DNA of 31,424 nt from a virus (taxonomy: Duplodnaviria; Heunggongvirae; Uroviricota; Caudoviricetes): positions 1 to 31,424 of the IMG/VR virus record IMGVR_UViG_2660238153_000004; one strand, given 5' to 3'. A model generated the notes under the pieces. It saw only the letters and a list, made by a program, of their open reading frames with translations. It was not told the DNA's origin and searched no databases. The translations under genes were made by a program, and so were the position numbers. The stretch's first letter is position 1, and the number at the start of each line of letters is the position of its first letter. Below are positions 17,737 to 26,260 of this stretch, piece by piece.

Positions 17737-17812
17737 GCTGGTTTAGCTCCAATGGTAGAGCAGTCGCCTTGTAAGCGAATGGGTAGCGGTTCAAGTCCGT
17801 TAACCAGCACCA
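17737..17812 (+). tRNA. Phage tRNA-Thr (anticodon UGU) candidate
   Basis: 76 nt; perfect 7-bp acceptor GCTGGTT/AACCAGC, D-arm GCTC-CAATGGTA-GAGC, anticodon loop CTTGTAA, T-arm AGCGG-TTCAAGT-CCGTT, 3' ACCA. Confidence 0.65.
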
Positions 17813-17899
17813 TAACTGAGCCGTAGCCACTGGCTATCCTGAATTCATCAGTGATAGTTACGCTGCGGCCTTCTACACATGACCTTCGTGAAAGTGGGT

Positions 17900-17935
17900 G
17901 GCAGGAGGTCGCGCTAACAACCTCCTGCCGTTTTG
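17900..17935 (+). terminator. Terminator-like hairpin in the late leader
   Basis: GGCAGGAGG-TCGCGCTAACAA-CCTCCTGCC followed by GTTTTG, about 120 nt upstream of the holin start. Confidence 0.4.
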
Positions 17936-18054
17936 CCCGTGCATATCGGTCACGAACAAATCTGATTACTCAACACAGTAGCCTGGATTTGTTCTATCAG
18001 TAACCGACCATATTCCTAATTAAATAGAGCAAATCCCCTTATTGGGGGTAAGAC

Positions 18055-18378
18055 ATGAAGATGCCAGAAAAAAATGACCTGTTAGCCGCCATTCTCGCGG
18101 CAAAGGAACAAGGCATCGGGGCAATCCTTGCGTTTGCAATGGCGTACCTTCGCGGCAGATATAATGGCGGTGCGTTTACAAAAACAGTAATCGACGCAAC
18201 GATGTGCGCCATTATCGCCTGGTTCATTCGTGACCTTCTCGACTTCGCCGGACTAAGTAGCAATCTCGCTTATATAACGAGCGTGTTTATCGGCTACATC
18301 GGTACTGACTCGATTGGTTCGCTTATCAAACGCTTCGCTGCTAAAAAAGCCGGAGTAGAAGATGGTGGAAATCAATAA
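18055..18378 (+). CDS. S: Holin, lambda S-type (dual start, antiholin/holin)
   Basis: 107 aa [39 protein letters not shown]...; Met1-Lys-Met3 dual-start motif; upstream CCCCTTATTGGGGG hairpin over the RBS as in lambda. Confidence 0.9.
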   Translation: MKMPEKNDLLAAILAAKEQGIGAILAFAMAYLRGRYNGGAFTKTVIDATMCAIIAWFIRDLLDFAGLSSNLAYITSVFIGYIGTDSIGSLIKRFAAKKAGVEDGGNQ

Positions 18379-18838
18379 TCAACGTAAGGCGTTCCTCGAT
18401 ATGCTGGCGTGGTCAGAGGGAACTGATAACGGACGTCAAAAAACCAGAAATCATGGTTATGACGTCATTGTTGGCGGAGAGCTATTCACTGATTACTCTG
18501 ATCACCCTCGCAAACTTGTCACGCTAAATCCGAAACTCAAATCAACAGCCGCCGGACGCTACCAGCTTCTTTCCCGTTGGTGGGATGCCTACCGTAAGCA
18601 GCTTGGCCTGAAAGACTTCTCTCCGAAAAGCCAGGACGCTGTGGCACTGCAACAGATTAAAGAGCGTGGCGCTTTACCGATGATTGATCGCGGTGATATT
18701 CGTCAGGCTATCGACCGTTGCAGCAATATCTGGGCTTCACTGCCTGGCGCTGGTTATGGTCAGTTCGAGCATAAGGCTGACAGCCTGATTGCAAAATTCA
18801 AAGAGGCAGGCGGAACGGTCAGAGAGATTGAGGTATGA
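18362..18838 (+). CDS. R: Endolysin, lambda R-type lytic transglycosylase
   Basis: 158 aa [39 protein letters not shown]...; overlaps the S end. Confidence 0.9.
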   Translation: MVEINNQRKAFLDMLAWSEGTDNGRQKTRNHGYDVIVGGELFTDYSDHPRKLVTLNPKLKSTAAGRYQLLSRWWDAYRKQLGLKDFSPKSQDAVALQQIKERGALPMIDRGDIRQAIDRCSNIWASLPGAGYGQFEHKADSLIAKFKEAGGTVREIEV

Positions 18839-19272
18839 GCAAAGTAACCGCGATTATCTCCGCTCTGGTTATCTGCATCATCGTTTGCCTGTCATGGGCT
18901 GTTAATCACTACCGTGATAACGCCATCGCCTACAAAGAGCAGCGCGATAAGGCCGCATCCACAATTGCTGACATGCAGAAGCGTCAACGTGATGTAGCAG
19001 AACTCGATGCCAGATATACAAAGGAGCTTGCTGATGCTAACGCGACTATCGAAAGTCTCCGTGCTGATGTTTCTGCTGGGCGTAAGCGCCTGCAAGTCGC
19101 CGCCACCTGTGCAAAGTCAACGACCGGAGCCAGCAGCATGGGCGATGGAGAAAGCCCAAGACTTACAGCAGATGCTGAACTCAATTATTACCGTCTACGA
19201 AGCGGAATCGACAGGATAACCGCGCAGGTTAACTACCTGCAGGAGTACATCAGGACGCAATGCCTTCGATGA
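18835..19272 (+). CDS. Rz: Rz i-spanin
   Basis: 145 aa with N-terminal transmembrane segment ([18 protein letters not shown]) and coiled-coil periplasmic domain; ATGA overlap with R. Confidence 0.85.
   Translation: MSKVTAIISALVICIIVCLSWAVNHYRDNAIAYKEQRDKAASTIADMQKRQRDVAELDARYTKELADANATIESLRADVSAGRKRLQVAATCAKSTTGASSMGDGESPRLTADAELNYYRLRSGIDRITAQVNYLQEYIRTQCLR
19034..19219 (+). CDS. Rz1: Rz1 o-spanin lipoprotein (embedded in Rz, +1 frame)
   Basis: 61 aa from the ATG preceded by AAGGAG; signal peptide with lipobox-like VSAC and Pro-rich mature part ([16 protein letters not shown]); lies wholly within Rz. Confidence 0.7.
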   Translation: MLTRLSKVSVLMFLLGVSACKSPPPVQSQRPEPAAWAMEKAQDLQQMLNSIITVYEAESTG

Positions 19273-19446
19273 TAGCGATAATTTTACTCATCATCCTTCA
19301 CATCTGGCTCTGTAGACAGGGTGATGATCACTTCTGGAGTGAATCCAGATTAAACATCTCATTGCTGATGCTTGATATTGAGCATCTGGCGCGCGGTAAG
19401 GGGCTGCGTTGAGATAAGAGCCAGTCATTACAAATACCAGGATTTA

Positions 19447-19470
19447 GCCTCGCATTTGCGGGGCTTTTTT
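19447..19470 (+). terminator. Putative intrinsic terminator downstream of the lysis cassette
   Basis: GCCTCG-CATTTG-CGGGGC hairpin (one G-U pair) followed by TTTTTT. Confidence 0.45.
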
Positions 19471-19616
19471 ACATCTGCAGTAAACCGCGCATCGCAGCGC
19501 GTAACAATCCCGAGTCTTTCAGAAAGCTGAGCCTGAGAATTGCCGTATATGGTGGCGACCATCTCGGGGGCGGCTTTTCTGTGCGAACAGGCTCATCTTT
19601 CTAAAAGGTAAACGCT

Positions 19617-20102
19617 ATGAATAACTTTGTTGAAATTACCTCAAGAATTGGTCGCATGTACCAAGATTTTCTTATAAGTGGAAAGGGGTCTGGCGACATC
19701 ATAGAGGAAATTGACAAGCTAAGTGCAGAGCTGAGAAGGAATGGGTGTGTTAATTCTATCTTTTTTGAAACTTTGCTAAAGCAAGGCTTTATGTTTGACA
19801 TGATTAATTACAACAAAGTCGCACCCAGTGCTTCGCAAAAATCATATGTGTACGTTCTGCATGCTGAAGATAGTGGGCTAACAAAAATAGGGTTTAGTCG
19901 CAGGGTTAATAAACGAATTTCAGAGATATCTCGCATGAGTGGTGGGAAGCTAAATCTAATTGCAAAGATTCCGGCCGATAGAGAGCTTGAAACCAAATTG
20001 CACCAAAAATATTACAACTATAGGTCGCACGGGGAGTGGTTTAGCCTCAATCGTTGTCATTTGAAAGAGCTAAAAGAAATGCCTGGTAACGAACTGAAAT
20101 AA
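19617..20102 (+). CDS. T5orf172/GIY-YIG-like domain protein (moron; candidate nuclease)
   Basis: 161-aa ORF in a visibly AT-rich segment; C-terminal half SYVYVLHAEDSGLTKIGFSRRVNKRISEISRMSGG...RELETKLHQKYYNYRSHGEWFSLN fits the YVY...KIG...R...E..LH...EWF pattern of the T5orf172 domain; AAGG RBS. Confidence 0.65.
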   Translation: MNNFVEITSRIGRMYQDFLISGKGSGDIIEEIDKLSAELRRNGCVNSIFFETLLKQGFMFDMINYNKVAPSASQKSYVYVLHAEDSGLTKIGFSRRVNKRISEISRMSGGKLNLIAKIPADRELETKLHQKYYNYRSHGEWFSLNRCHLKELKEMPGNELK

Positions 20103-20350
20103 TCCCCGGACTCACTAATTAACGGCAGTACAGCGAAACAACCCAAGCCAGTAAGTGGGGAAATAACACTGGCAGCCACTGAAAGATGAACCTCCTGCCT
20201 TATGGCAAAAAAAGATTCTTTGTGGTGGCGGACTGATGGAAAGACATCGGTTATTGCAGAGACCATTCAATGAGTGGTCTCGACAATGGCTTATACCCTA
20301 CACGGGATAACTTAACTGATATCCCTTTTAACGGATAAACGGAGCCAACA

Positions 20351-20593
20351 ATGGCAGAGATTACCCCCATGACTGAAGAACAGAAATTCCAGTTAGAGAT
20401 TTATAAACTGGTCATGAACCAGAACGCAGCCGCAGAGGAAGCATTTCAGTTCATTGGCACTGACGAACTGAAGCTTGAGCTATTCAAAATTCACTTCCAG
20501 TCAGGCGGCGCTAATTCAGATATCACGACCCGCACTATCGAAGCGGTGCGTAAATCGAAGGAAGCGTTAGACCTGTTCACTGCTGGAGAATAA
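20351..20593 (+). CDS. Hypothetical protein (80 aa)
   Basis: ORF with GGAG RBS; first of three tightly packed genes ahead of the small terminase. Confidence 0.55.
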   Translation: MAEITPMTEEQKFQLEIYKLVMNQNAAAEEAFQFIGTDELKLELFKIHFQSGGANSDITTRTIEAVRKSKEALDLFTAGE

Positions 20594-20595
20594 CC

Positions 20596-20883
20596 ATGGA
20601 ACAACAAGAATTACCTCGCTGGCAGTGTCACAAGCAGGTATGGGCGTTAAAGATTCGACATATCGACCACAAACCAAACCCAGACCTTTCTGGCGTGTCG
20701 GGCGCATCAAGCTATGGGGCCACCATTCACCCGGAAGATGGCACATACGCGCCATTCGATGTAAGCCCTGAGTACGTTAACAAACATCAACCGGTCGCTG
20801 GCGGGTATTACGTTGTGTATGAGGATGGCTATGCATCCTTCTCTCCTGCTGACTCGTTTGAATCCGGGTACACGAAAATCTGA
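20596..20883 (+). CDS. Hypothetical protein (95 aa)
   Basis: ORF starting 3 nt after the previous stop; Tyr/Gly-rich C-terminal half. Confidence 0.55.
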   Translation: MEQQELPRWQCHKQVWALKIRHIDHKPNPDLSGVSGASSYGATIHPEDGTYAPFDVSPEYVNKHQPVAGGYYVVYEDGYASFSPADSFESGYTKI

Positions 20884-20894
20884 CGGAGCCTCTG

Positions 20895-21383
20895 ATGACT
20901 ACAGTCGCATGGGATGGAAAGACACTGGCATCTGACACCCAGGCATCAACTGGCAGTGTCGTTTGCTCCCTTTCTGAACAGAAGATATACACCCCGCCAG
21001 AGTCAGGTTGGGAGATTTACGGAAGCAAAGTCCTTGCCTTCGGTTGCTCTGGTGACTGCGGCGCAGAGATGGAATTACAGGATCTGCTTAAGCACAACCT
21101 CACGTATGCCTCCGAGTTCCTGCCGACATTCTCCTTCACGGCTCTGGCTATCATCGGTGCTGGGCGAGCATACATCATCACCAAAGAGAAAGGCGAAACG
21201 CGGGCGAGCATATCGCTACAGGTTGAGCCATACGCAATAGGCAGTGGCGACCTGATCGCGCGCACTGCCATGCACTGTGGCAAAAATGCGAGAGAAGCGG
21301 TACAAGTCGCAATTGATCTTGACTGCTATTCCGGCGGCAGCGTTGATTCGTTCCCCGCTGGGAAGCAAACAGAAGGGAAATAA
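20895..21383 (+). CDS. HslV-like N-terminal-threonine hydrolase (proteasome beta-type fold), phage-encoded
   Basis: 162 aa beginning MTTVAWDGKTLASDTQASTGSVV; parallels to HslV (MTTIVSV...DGQATLGNTV; ...AIGSGGPYA...ALDIAGDI versus ...AIGSGDLIA...AIDLDCYS) from memory; GGAG RBS. Confidence 0.6.
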   Translation: MTTVAWDGKTLASDTQASTGSVVCSLSEQKIYTPPESGWEIYGSKVLAFGCSGDCGAEMELQDLLKHNLTYASEFLPTFSFTALAIIGAGRAYIITKEKGETRASISLQVEPYAIGSGDLIARTAMHCGKNAREAVQVAIDLDCYSGGSVDSFPAGKQTEGK

Positions 21384-21388
21384 TCAAT

Positions 21389-21814
21389 ATGGCGACTGAG
21401 AAAAAGAAAGGTGGTCGCCCCTCTGATTATATGCCGGAGGTGGCTAATGACATTTGCGCATTGCTTTCCTCCGGTGAGAGTCTGCGCAAAGTTTGCGAAC
21501 GCCCAGGAATGCCGAGCAAAACATCAGTTTTTCGCTGGCTGGCTGAACATCAGGAGTTTCGTGACCAGTACGCGAAGGCAACAGAGACTCGGGCCGACTC
21601 TATTTTCGAAGAGATATTCGAAATTGCTGACGGCGTAATCCCTGATGCCGCCGAGGTGGCAAAGGCAAGACTTCGCGTTGATACCCGCAAATGGGCGCTG
21701 GCCAGAATGAATCCCCGTAAGTATGGCGACAAGGTAACTAATGAGCTTGTCGGCAAAGACGGCGGCGCAATCCAGATTGAAACATCACCGATGAGCACTC
21801 TATTCGGAAAATGA
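21389..21814 (+). CDS. Terminase small subunit (Sf6 gp1-like)
   Basis: 141 aa MATEKKKGGRPSDYMPEVANDICALLSSGESLRKVCERPGMPSK... with N-terminal HTH; immediately upstream of the large terminase with 4-nt overlap. Confidence 0.8.
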   Translation: MATEKKKGGRPSDYMPEVANDICALLSSGESLRKVCERPGMPSKTSVFRWLAEHQEFRDQYAKATETRADSIFEEIFEIADGVIPDAAEVAKARLRVDTRKWALARMNPRKYGDKVTNELVGKDGGAIQIETSPMSTLFGK

Positions 21815-23223
21815 CCTCGATTAATCCTATCTTTGAACCGTTCATTGAGGCGCATCGCTACAAAGTCGCCAAAGGCGGTCGAGGTAGCGGTAAATCATGG
21901 GCAATTGCGAGGCTGCTTGTTGAAGCGGCGCGCCGACAGCCTGTGCGTATTCTCTGCGCTCGTGAACTGCAAAACAGTATCAGCGATTCGGTAATCCGGT
22001 TGCTTGAAGACACCATCGAGCGGGAAGGGTATTCGGCTGAGTTTGAAATTCAGCGTTCAATGATTCGTCATCTCGGAACTAATGCTGAATTCATGTTCTA
22101 CGGCATCAAAAACAACCCGACGAAGATTAAATCGCTCGAAGGCATTGATATCTGCTGGGTGGAAGAAGCGGAAGCGGTAACGAAGGAATCATGGGATATC
22201 CTGATTCCAACCATCCGTAAGCCGTTCTCTGAAATATGGGTGAGCTTTAACCCGAAGAACATCCTCGACGATACCTATCAGCGATTCGTCGTAAATCCTC
22301 CTGATGATATTTGTCTGCTGACGGTGAACTACACCGACAACCCGCACTTTCCTGAAGTTCTCCGTCTGGAGATGGAAGAGTGTAAACGCAGAAATCCGAC
22401 ACTGTATCGTCACATCTGGCTTGGTGAGCCAGTAAGCGCAAGTGATATGGCAATCATCAAACGTGAATGGCTTGAAGCCGCAACCGATGCGCACAAGAAA
22501 CTCGGATGGAAAGCGAAAGGCGCTGTTGTTTCTGCACATGACCCATCAGATACAGGGCCGGATGCCAAAGGTTATGCATCGCGCCACGGTTCGGTAGTTA
22601 AGCGCATTGCCGAAGGTCTGCTGATGGACATCAACGAGGGTGCTGACTGGGCAACTTCGCTGGCGATTGAAGACGGTGCTGACCATTACCTGTGGGATGG
22701 TGATGGTGTTGGTGCCGGGCTACGCAGACAGACAACGGAAGCGTTCTCCGGCAAGAAAATCACCGCCACGATGTTCAAGGGCAGCGAATCGCCATTCGAT
22801 GAAGATGCTCCGTATCAGGCCGGAGCATGGGCTGATGAAGTCGTACAGGGTGACAACGTTCGCACTATTGGCGATGTGTTCCGCAATAAGCGAGCACAAT
22901 TCTATTACGCGCTGGCTGACAGGCTGTATCTGACATATCGGGCGGTTGTTCACGGTGAGTATGCAGACCCAGACGACATGCTGAGTTTCGACAAAGAAGC
23001 GATAGGCGAGAAGATGCTGGAGAAGCTGTTTGCAGAACTGACGCAGATTCAGCGCAAATTCAATAACAACGGGAAGCTGGAGCTAATGACTAAGGTCGAA
23101 ATGAAGCAGAAGCTCGGTATTCCATCTCCTAACCTGGCTGATGCGCTGATGATGTGTATGCATTGCCCGGCATTGGTCCGCGAAGAAACAGAAATATACG
23201 TTCCCTCATCCTCCGGTTGGTAA
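21811..23223 (+). CDS. Terminase large subunit
   Basis: 470 aa; Walker A KGGRGSGKSW near the N-terminus, ATPase and C-terminal nuclease domains; precedes the portal gene. Confidence 0.9.
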   Translation: MTSINPIFEPFIEAHRYKVAKGGRGSGKSWAIARLLVEAARRQPVRILCARELQNSISDSVIRLLEDTIEREGYSAEFEIQRSMIRHLGTNAEFMFYGIKNNPTKIKSLEGIDICWVEEAEAVTKESWDILIPTIRKPFSEIWVSFNPKNILDDTYQRFVVNPPDDICLLTVNYTDNPHFPEVLRLEMEECKRRNPTLYRHIWLGEPVSASDMAIIKREWLEAATDAHKKLGWKAKGAVVSAHDPSDTGPDAKGYASRHGSVVKRIAEGLLMDINEGADWATSLAIEDGADHYLWDGDGVGAGLRRQTTEAFSGKKITATMFKGSESPFDEDAPYQAGAWADEVVQGDNVRTIGDVFRNKRAQFYYALADRLYLTYRAVVHGEYADPDDMLSFDKEAIGEKMLEKLFAELTQIQRKFNNNGKLELMTKVEMKQKLGIPSPNLADALMMCMHCPALVREETEIYVPSSSGW

Positions 23224-23260
23224 ACATGGCAGAGACATTAGAGAAAAACATGAGCGGATC

Positions 23261-25351
23261 ATGCTCAGGTTTGACCGCGCCTATTCTCCACAGAAGGAAG
23301 TGCGCGAAAAGTGCATTGAAGCTACGAGGTTTGCTCGTGTCCCCGGAGGTCAATGGGAAGGAGCAACGGCGGCTGGAACTAAGCTTGATGAGCAGTTCGA
23401 GAAGTATCCTAAGTTTGAAATCAATAAGGTAGCAACTGAACTTAACCGCATCATTGCAGAATACCGCAATAACAGAATCACTGTTAAGTTTCGTCCTGGT
23501 GACAGAGAGGCAAGCGAAGAGTTAGCCAATAAATTAAATGGTCTGTTCCGTGCTGACTACGAAGAAACTGATGGCGGTGAGGCTTGCGATAATGCATTTG
23601 ACGACGCTGCTACTGGTGGTTTCGGTTGCTTCCGTTTGACGTCGATGCTGGTCAATGAATACGACCCCATGGACGATCGTCAGCGTATTGCTATTGAACC
23701 AATATACGACCCGTCGCGCTCTGTGTGGTTTGACCCTGACGCTAAGAAGTACGACAAATCTGACGCGTTGTGGGCGTTCTGTATGTATTCGTTGTCACCT
23801 GAAAAATATGAGGCTGAATACGGGAAGAAACCTCCTACTTCTCTGGATGTAACGTCTATGACCAGTTGGGAATATAACTGGTTTGGTGCAGATGTTATTT
23901 ACATAGCGAAGTATTACGAAGTTCGTAAAGAGTCTGTTGACGTCATCAGTTATCGACATCCAATCACTGGAGAGATTGCAACATACGACAGTGATCAGGT
24001 TGAAGATATTGAAGATGAACTGGCAATAGCTGGATTTCATGAAGTGGCAAGGCGCTCAGTGAAGCGCCGTCGTGTGTATGTATCCGTAGTGGATGGTGAT
24101 GGTTTCCTTGAGAAACCTCGACGTATTCCTGGTGAGCATATCCCCCTCATCCCGGTTTATGGAAAACGCTGGTTCATTGATGACATTGAGCGTGTCGAAG
24201 GGCACATTGCAAAAGCAATGGATCCACAGCGTTTGTATAACCTTCAGGTATCAATGCTGGCTGATACTGCAGCGCAAGACCCCGGTCAGATCCCTATAGT
24301 TGGCATGGAGCAAATTCGTGGACTTGAGAAGCACTGGGAGGCTCGCAACAAGAAACGACCAGCGTTCTTGCCGTTGCGCGAAGTGAGAGATAAATCTGGC
24401 AACATTATCGCTGGAGCTACCCCGGCAGGATATACACAGCCTGCGGTTATGAATCAGGCATTGGCTGCATTACTACAGCAAACCAGTGCAGATATTCAGG
24501 AGGTTACAGGCGGCAGTCAGGCCATGCAGCAGATGCCAAGTAATATTGCTCAGGAAACGGTTAACAACTTGATGAACAGAGCAGATATGGCTTCGTTTAT
24601 CTATCTGGACAATATGGCGAAAAGTCTTAAACGCGCTGGTGAAGTATGGCTGTCAATGGCGCGTGAAGTGTACGGTTCAGAACGTGAAGTGCGCATCGTT
24701 AACGAAGATGGAAGTGATGATATCGCTGTCCTGAGCGCACAGGTTGTTGACAGGCAAACAGGGGCTGTTGTTGCGTTAAATGACCTTTCTGTCGGTCGAT
24801 ACGATGTGACGGTTGATGTTGGACCAAGCTACACAGCACGACGTGATGCAACGGTTTCTGTACTGACAAATGTCCTTAGCTCTATGCTTCCAACAGACCC
24901 AATGCGCCCGGCAATTCAGGGTATTATTCTGGACAATATCGATGGCGAAGGCCTTGATGACTTCAAAGAGTACAACCGAAACCAACTGCTGATATCTGGT
25001 ATTGCAAAACCACGCAATGAGAAAGAGCAGCAGATTGTTCAACAGGCGCAAATGGCAGCACAAAGCCAGCCAAATCCTGAAATGGTTCTCGCTCAGGCGC
25101 AAATGGTAGCAGCGCAGGCAGAAGCGCAAAAAGCAACTAACGAAACTGCTCAAACTCAAATCAAAGCATTTACTGCCCAGCAGGATGCGATGGAGAGTCA
25201 GGCAAACACTGTCTATAAACTGGCTCAAGCCAGAAACATCGATGACAAAGCAGTGATGGAGGCAATACGCCTTCTGAAAGATGTCGCCGAGTCACAACAA
25301 CAGCAATTCCAGTCACCACCACAGTCACCGGCAGACTTAATGCCGAGTTAA
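23261..25351 (+). CDS. Portal protein (P22 gp1-like); 5' end may be frameshifted
   Basis: 696-aa ORF; conserved portal core ...VKRRRVYVSVVDG...GEHIPLIPVYG... with Gln-rich C-terminal barrel region; an ATG at 23226 directly after the terminase stop opens a different frame (see findings). Confidence 0.8.
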   Translation: MLRFDRAYSPQKEVREKCIEATRFARVPGGQWEGATAAGTKLDEQFEKYPKFEINKVATELNRIIAEYRNNRITVKFRPGDREASEELANKLNGLFRADYEETDGGEACDNAFDDAATGGFGCFRLTSMLVNEYDPMDDRQRIAIEPIYDPSRSVWFDPDAKKYDKSDALWAFCMYSLSPEKYEAEYGKKPPTSLDVTSMTSWEYNWFGADVIYIAKYYEVRKESVDVISYRHPITGEIATYDSDQVEDIEDELAIAGFHEVARRSVKRRRVYVSVVDGDGFLEKPRRIPGEHIPLIPVYGKRWFIDDIERVEGHIAKAMDPQRLYNLQVSMLADTAAQDPGQIPIVGMEQIRGLEKHWEARNKKRPAFLPLREVRDKSGNIIAGATPAGYTQPAVMNQALAALLQQTSADIQEVTGGSQAMQQMPSNIAQETVNNLMNRADMASFIYLDNMAKSLKRAGEVWLSMAREVYGSEREVRIVNEDGSDDIAVLSAQVVDRQTGAVVALNDLSVGRYDVTVDVGPSYTARRDATVSVLTNVLSSMLPTDPMRPAIQGIILDNIDGEGLDDFKEYNRNQLLISGIAKPRNEKEQQIVQQAQMAAQSQPNPEMVLAQAQMVAAQAEAQKATNETAQTQIKAFTAQQDAMESQANTVYKLAQARNIDDKAVMEAIRLLKDVAESQQQQFQSPPQSPADLMPS

Positions 25352-25364
25352 CCAGGAGTAATCA

Positions 25365-26249
25365 ATGGAAAACGAACTGATCATCGACGGTCAGGTTATT
25401 GACCTGTCTGAAACACAGGAAAATGCAGAAGAAACCATCATCCAAACAGAGTCACAGCCTGAGAATGAAAGCCAGGATGACAACGGTAAAGAGGTGGCAA
25501 CTGAGCCTGAAAAAACCGAAGAGACACCAGAAGATTACGCCTTGCGTATTGGTGATGAAGAAATTCAGCTTAACGCTGACGATGATGATCACATTGACGG
25601 GCAACCTGCACCACAATGGGTGAAAGATCTTCGCAAAGGCTTCAAAGAAACACAGAAAGAAAACCGTGAGTTGCGCCGCCAGCTTGAGGAAGCATTAGCC
25701 AAGCCTGCGGAACATCAGCAACCACAACCAGACGCTATTCCACCAAAACCGACTCTTGAGTCGTGTGATTATGACGAACAGGCGTTTGAACAGGCATTGA
25801 CTGATTGGCATGAGAAAAAAGGCCGTGTCGAACAGCAGCAGCAACAAAAACTACGTCAGCAACAGGAATACCAACAGCGTTTCCAGCAAAGGGTAGAAGC
25901 GCATAAACAACGGGCAGCCAAACTTCCTGTGAAAGATTATCAGGAAATGGAGGCCATTGTTCTTAGTGAGCTACCACCAATTCAGCAGGAAATCATCATT
26001 CACTGTGCAGACGAAGGCTCTGAACTACTCGCCTATGGCTTAGGTAAGAGCCAGCAATTACGCCAGCGTGTAGCCGCTGAGACAGATCCAATTCGCGCAG
26101 CATTCCTCTTGGGGCAGATTAGCAAACAGGTAAGCCTTGCTCCAAAACCAAAGAAAGCCATCAAGCCAGAGCCGGAAGTACGTGGTGGCGGTGCTGATGC
26201 GAAACAAGACGAATTCAACAAATTATGCCCCGGCGCAAAAATCGAATAA
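25365..26249 (+). CDS. Scaffolding protein (P22 gp8-like)
   Basis: 294 aa; highly acidic N-terminus, Gln/Glu-rich coiled-coil middle, basic C-terminal segment; sits between portal and coat. Confidence 0.75.
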   Translation: MENELIIDGQVIDLSETQENAEETIIQTESQPENESQDDNGKEVATEPEKTEETPEDYALRIGDEEIQLNADDDDHIDGQPAPQWVKDLRKGFKETQKENRELRRQLEEALAKPAEHQQPQPDAIPPKPTLESCDYDEQAFEQALTDWHEKKGRVEQQQQQKLRQQQEYQQRFQQRVEAHKQRAAKLPVKDYQEMEAIVLSELPPIQQEIIIHCADEGSELLAYGLGKSQQLRQRVAAETDPIRAAFLLGQISKQVSLAPKPKKAIKPEPEVRGGGADAKQDEFNKLCPGAKIE

Positions 26250-26260
26250 GGAAAAGATAA

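Noticed and set aside
17900-17935. Identification of the late-leader hairpin as the lambda tR' terminator itself
   Set aside because: The sequence seems familiar from the lambda Q-S interval, but I cannot verify its position relative to lambda tR' without an alignment, so it is reported only as a terminator-like hairpin.
20914-21240. Alternate-frame 108-aa ORF and minus-strand ORFs within the HslV-like gene
   Set aside because: Overlap the HslV-like frame, which has the RBS and family signature; translations are Arg/Ser-rich, typical of off-frame reading.
22189-25228. Minus-strand and alternate-frame ORFs inside the large terminase and portal genes (for example 22189..22539, 22720..22953, 24776..25228)
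   Set aside because: Antisense or out of frame within genes carrying Walker A and portal signatures.
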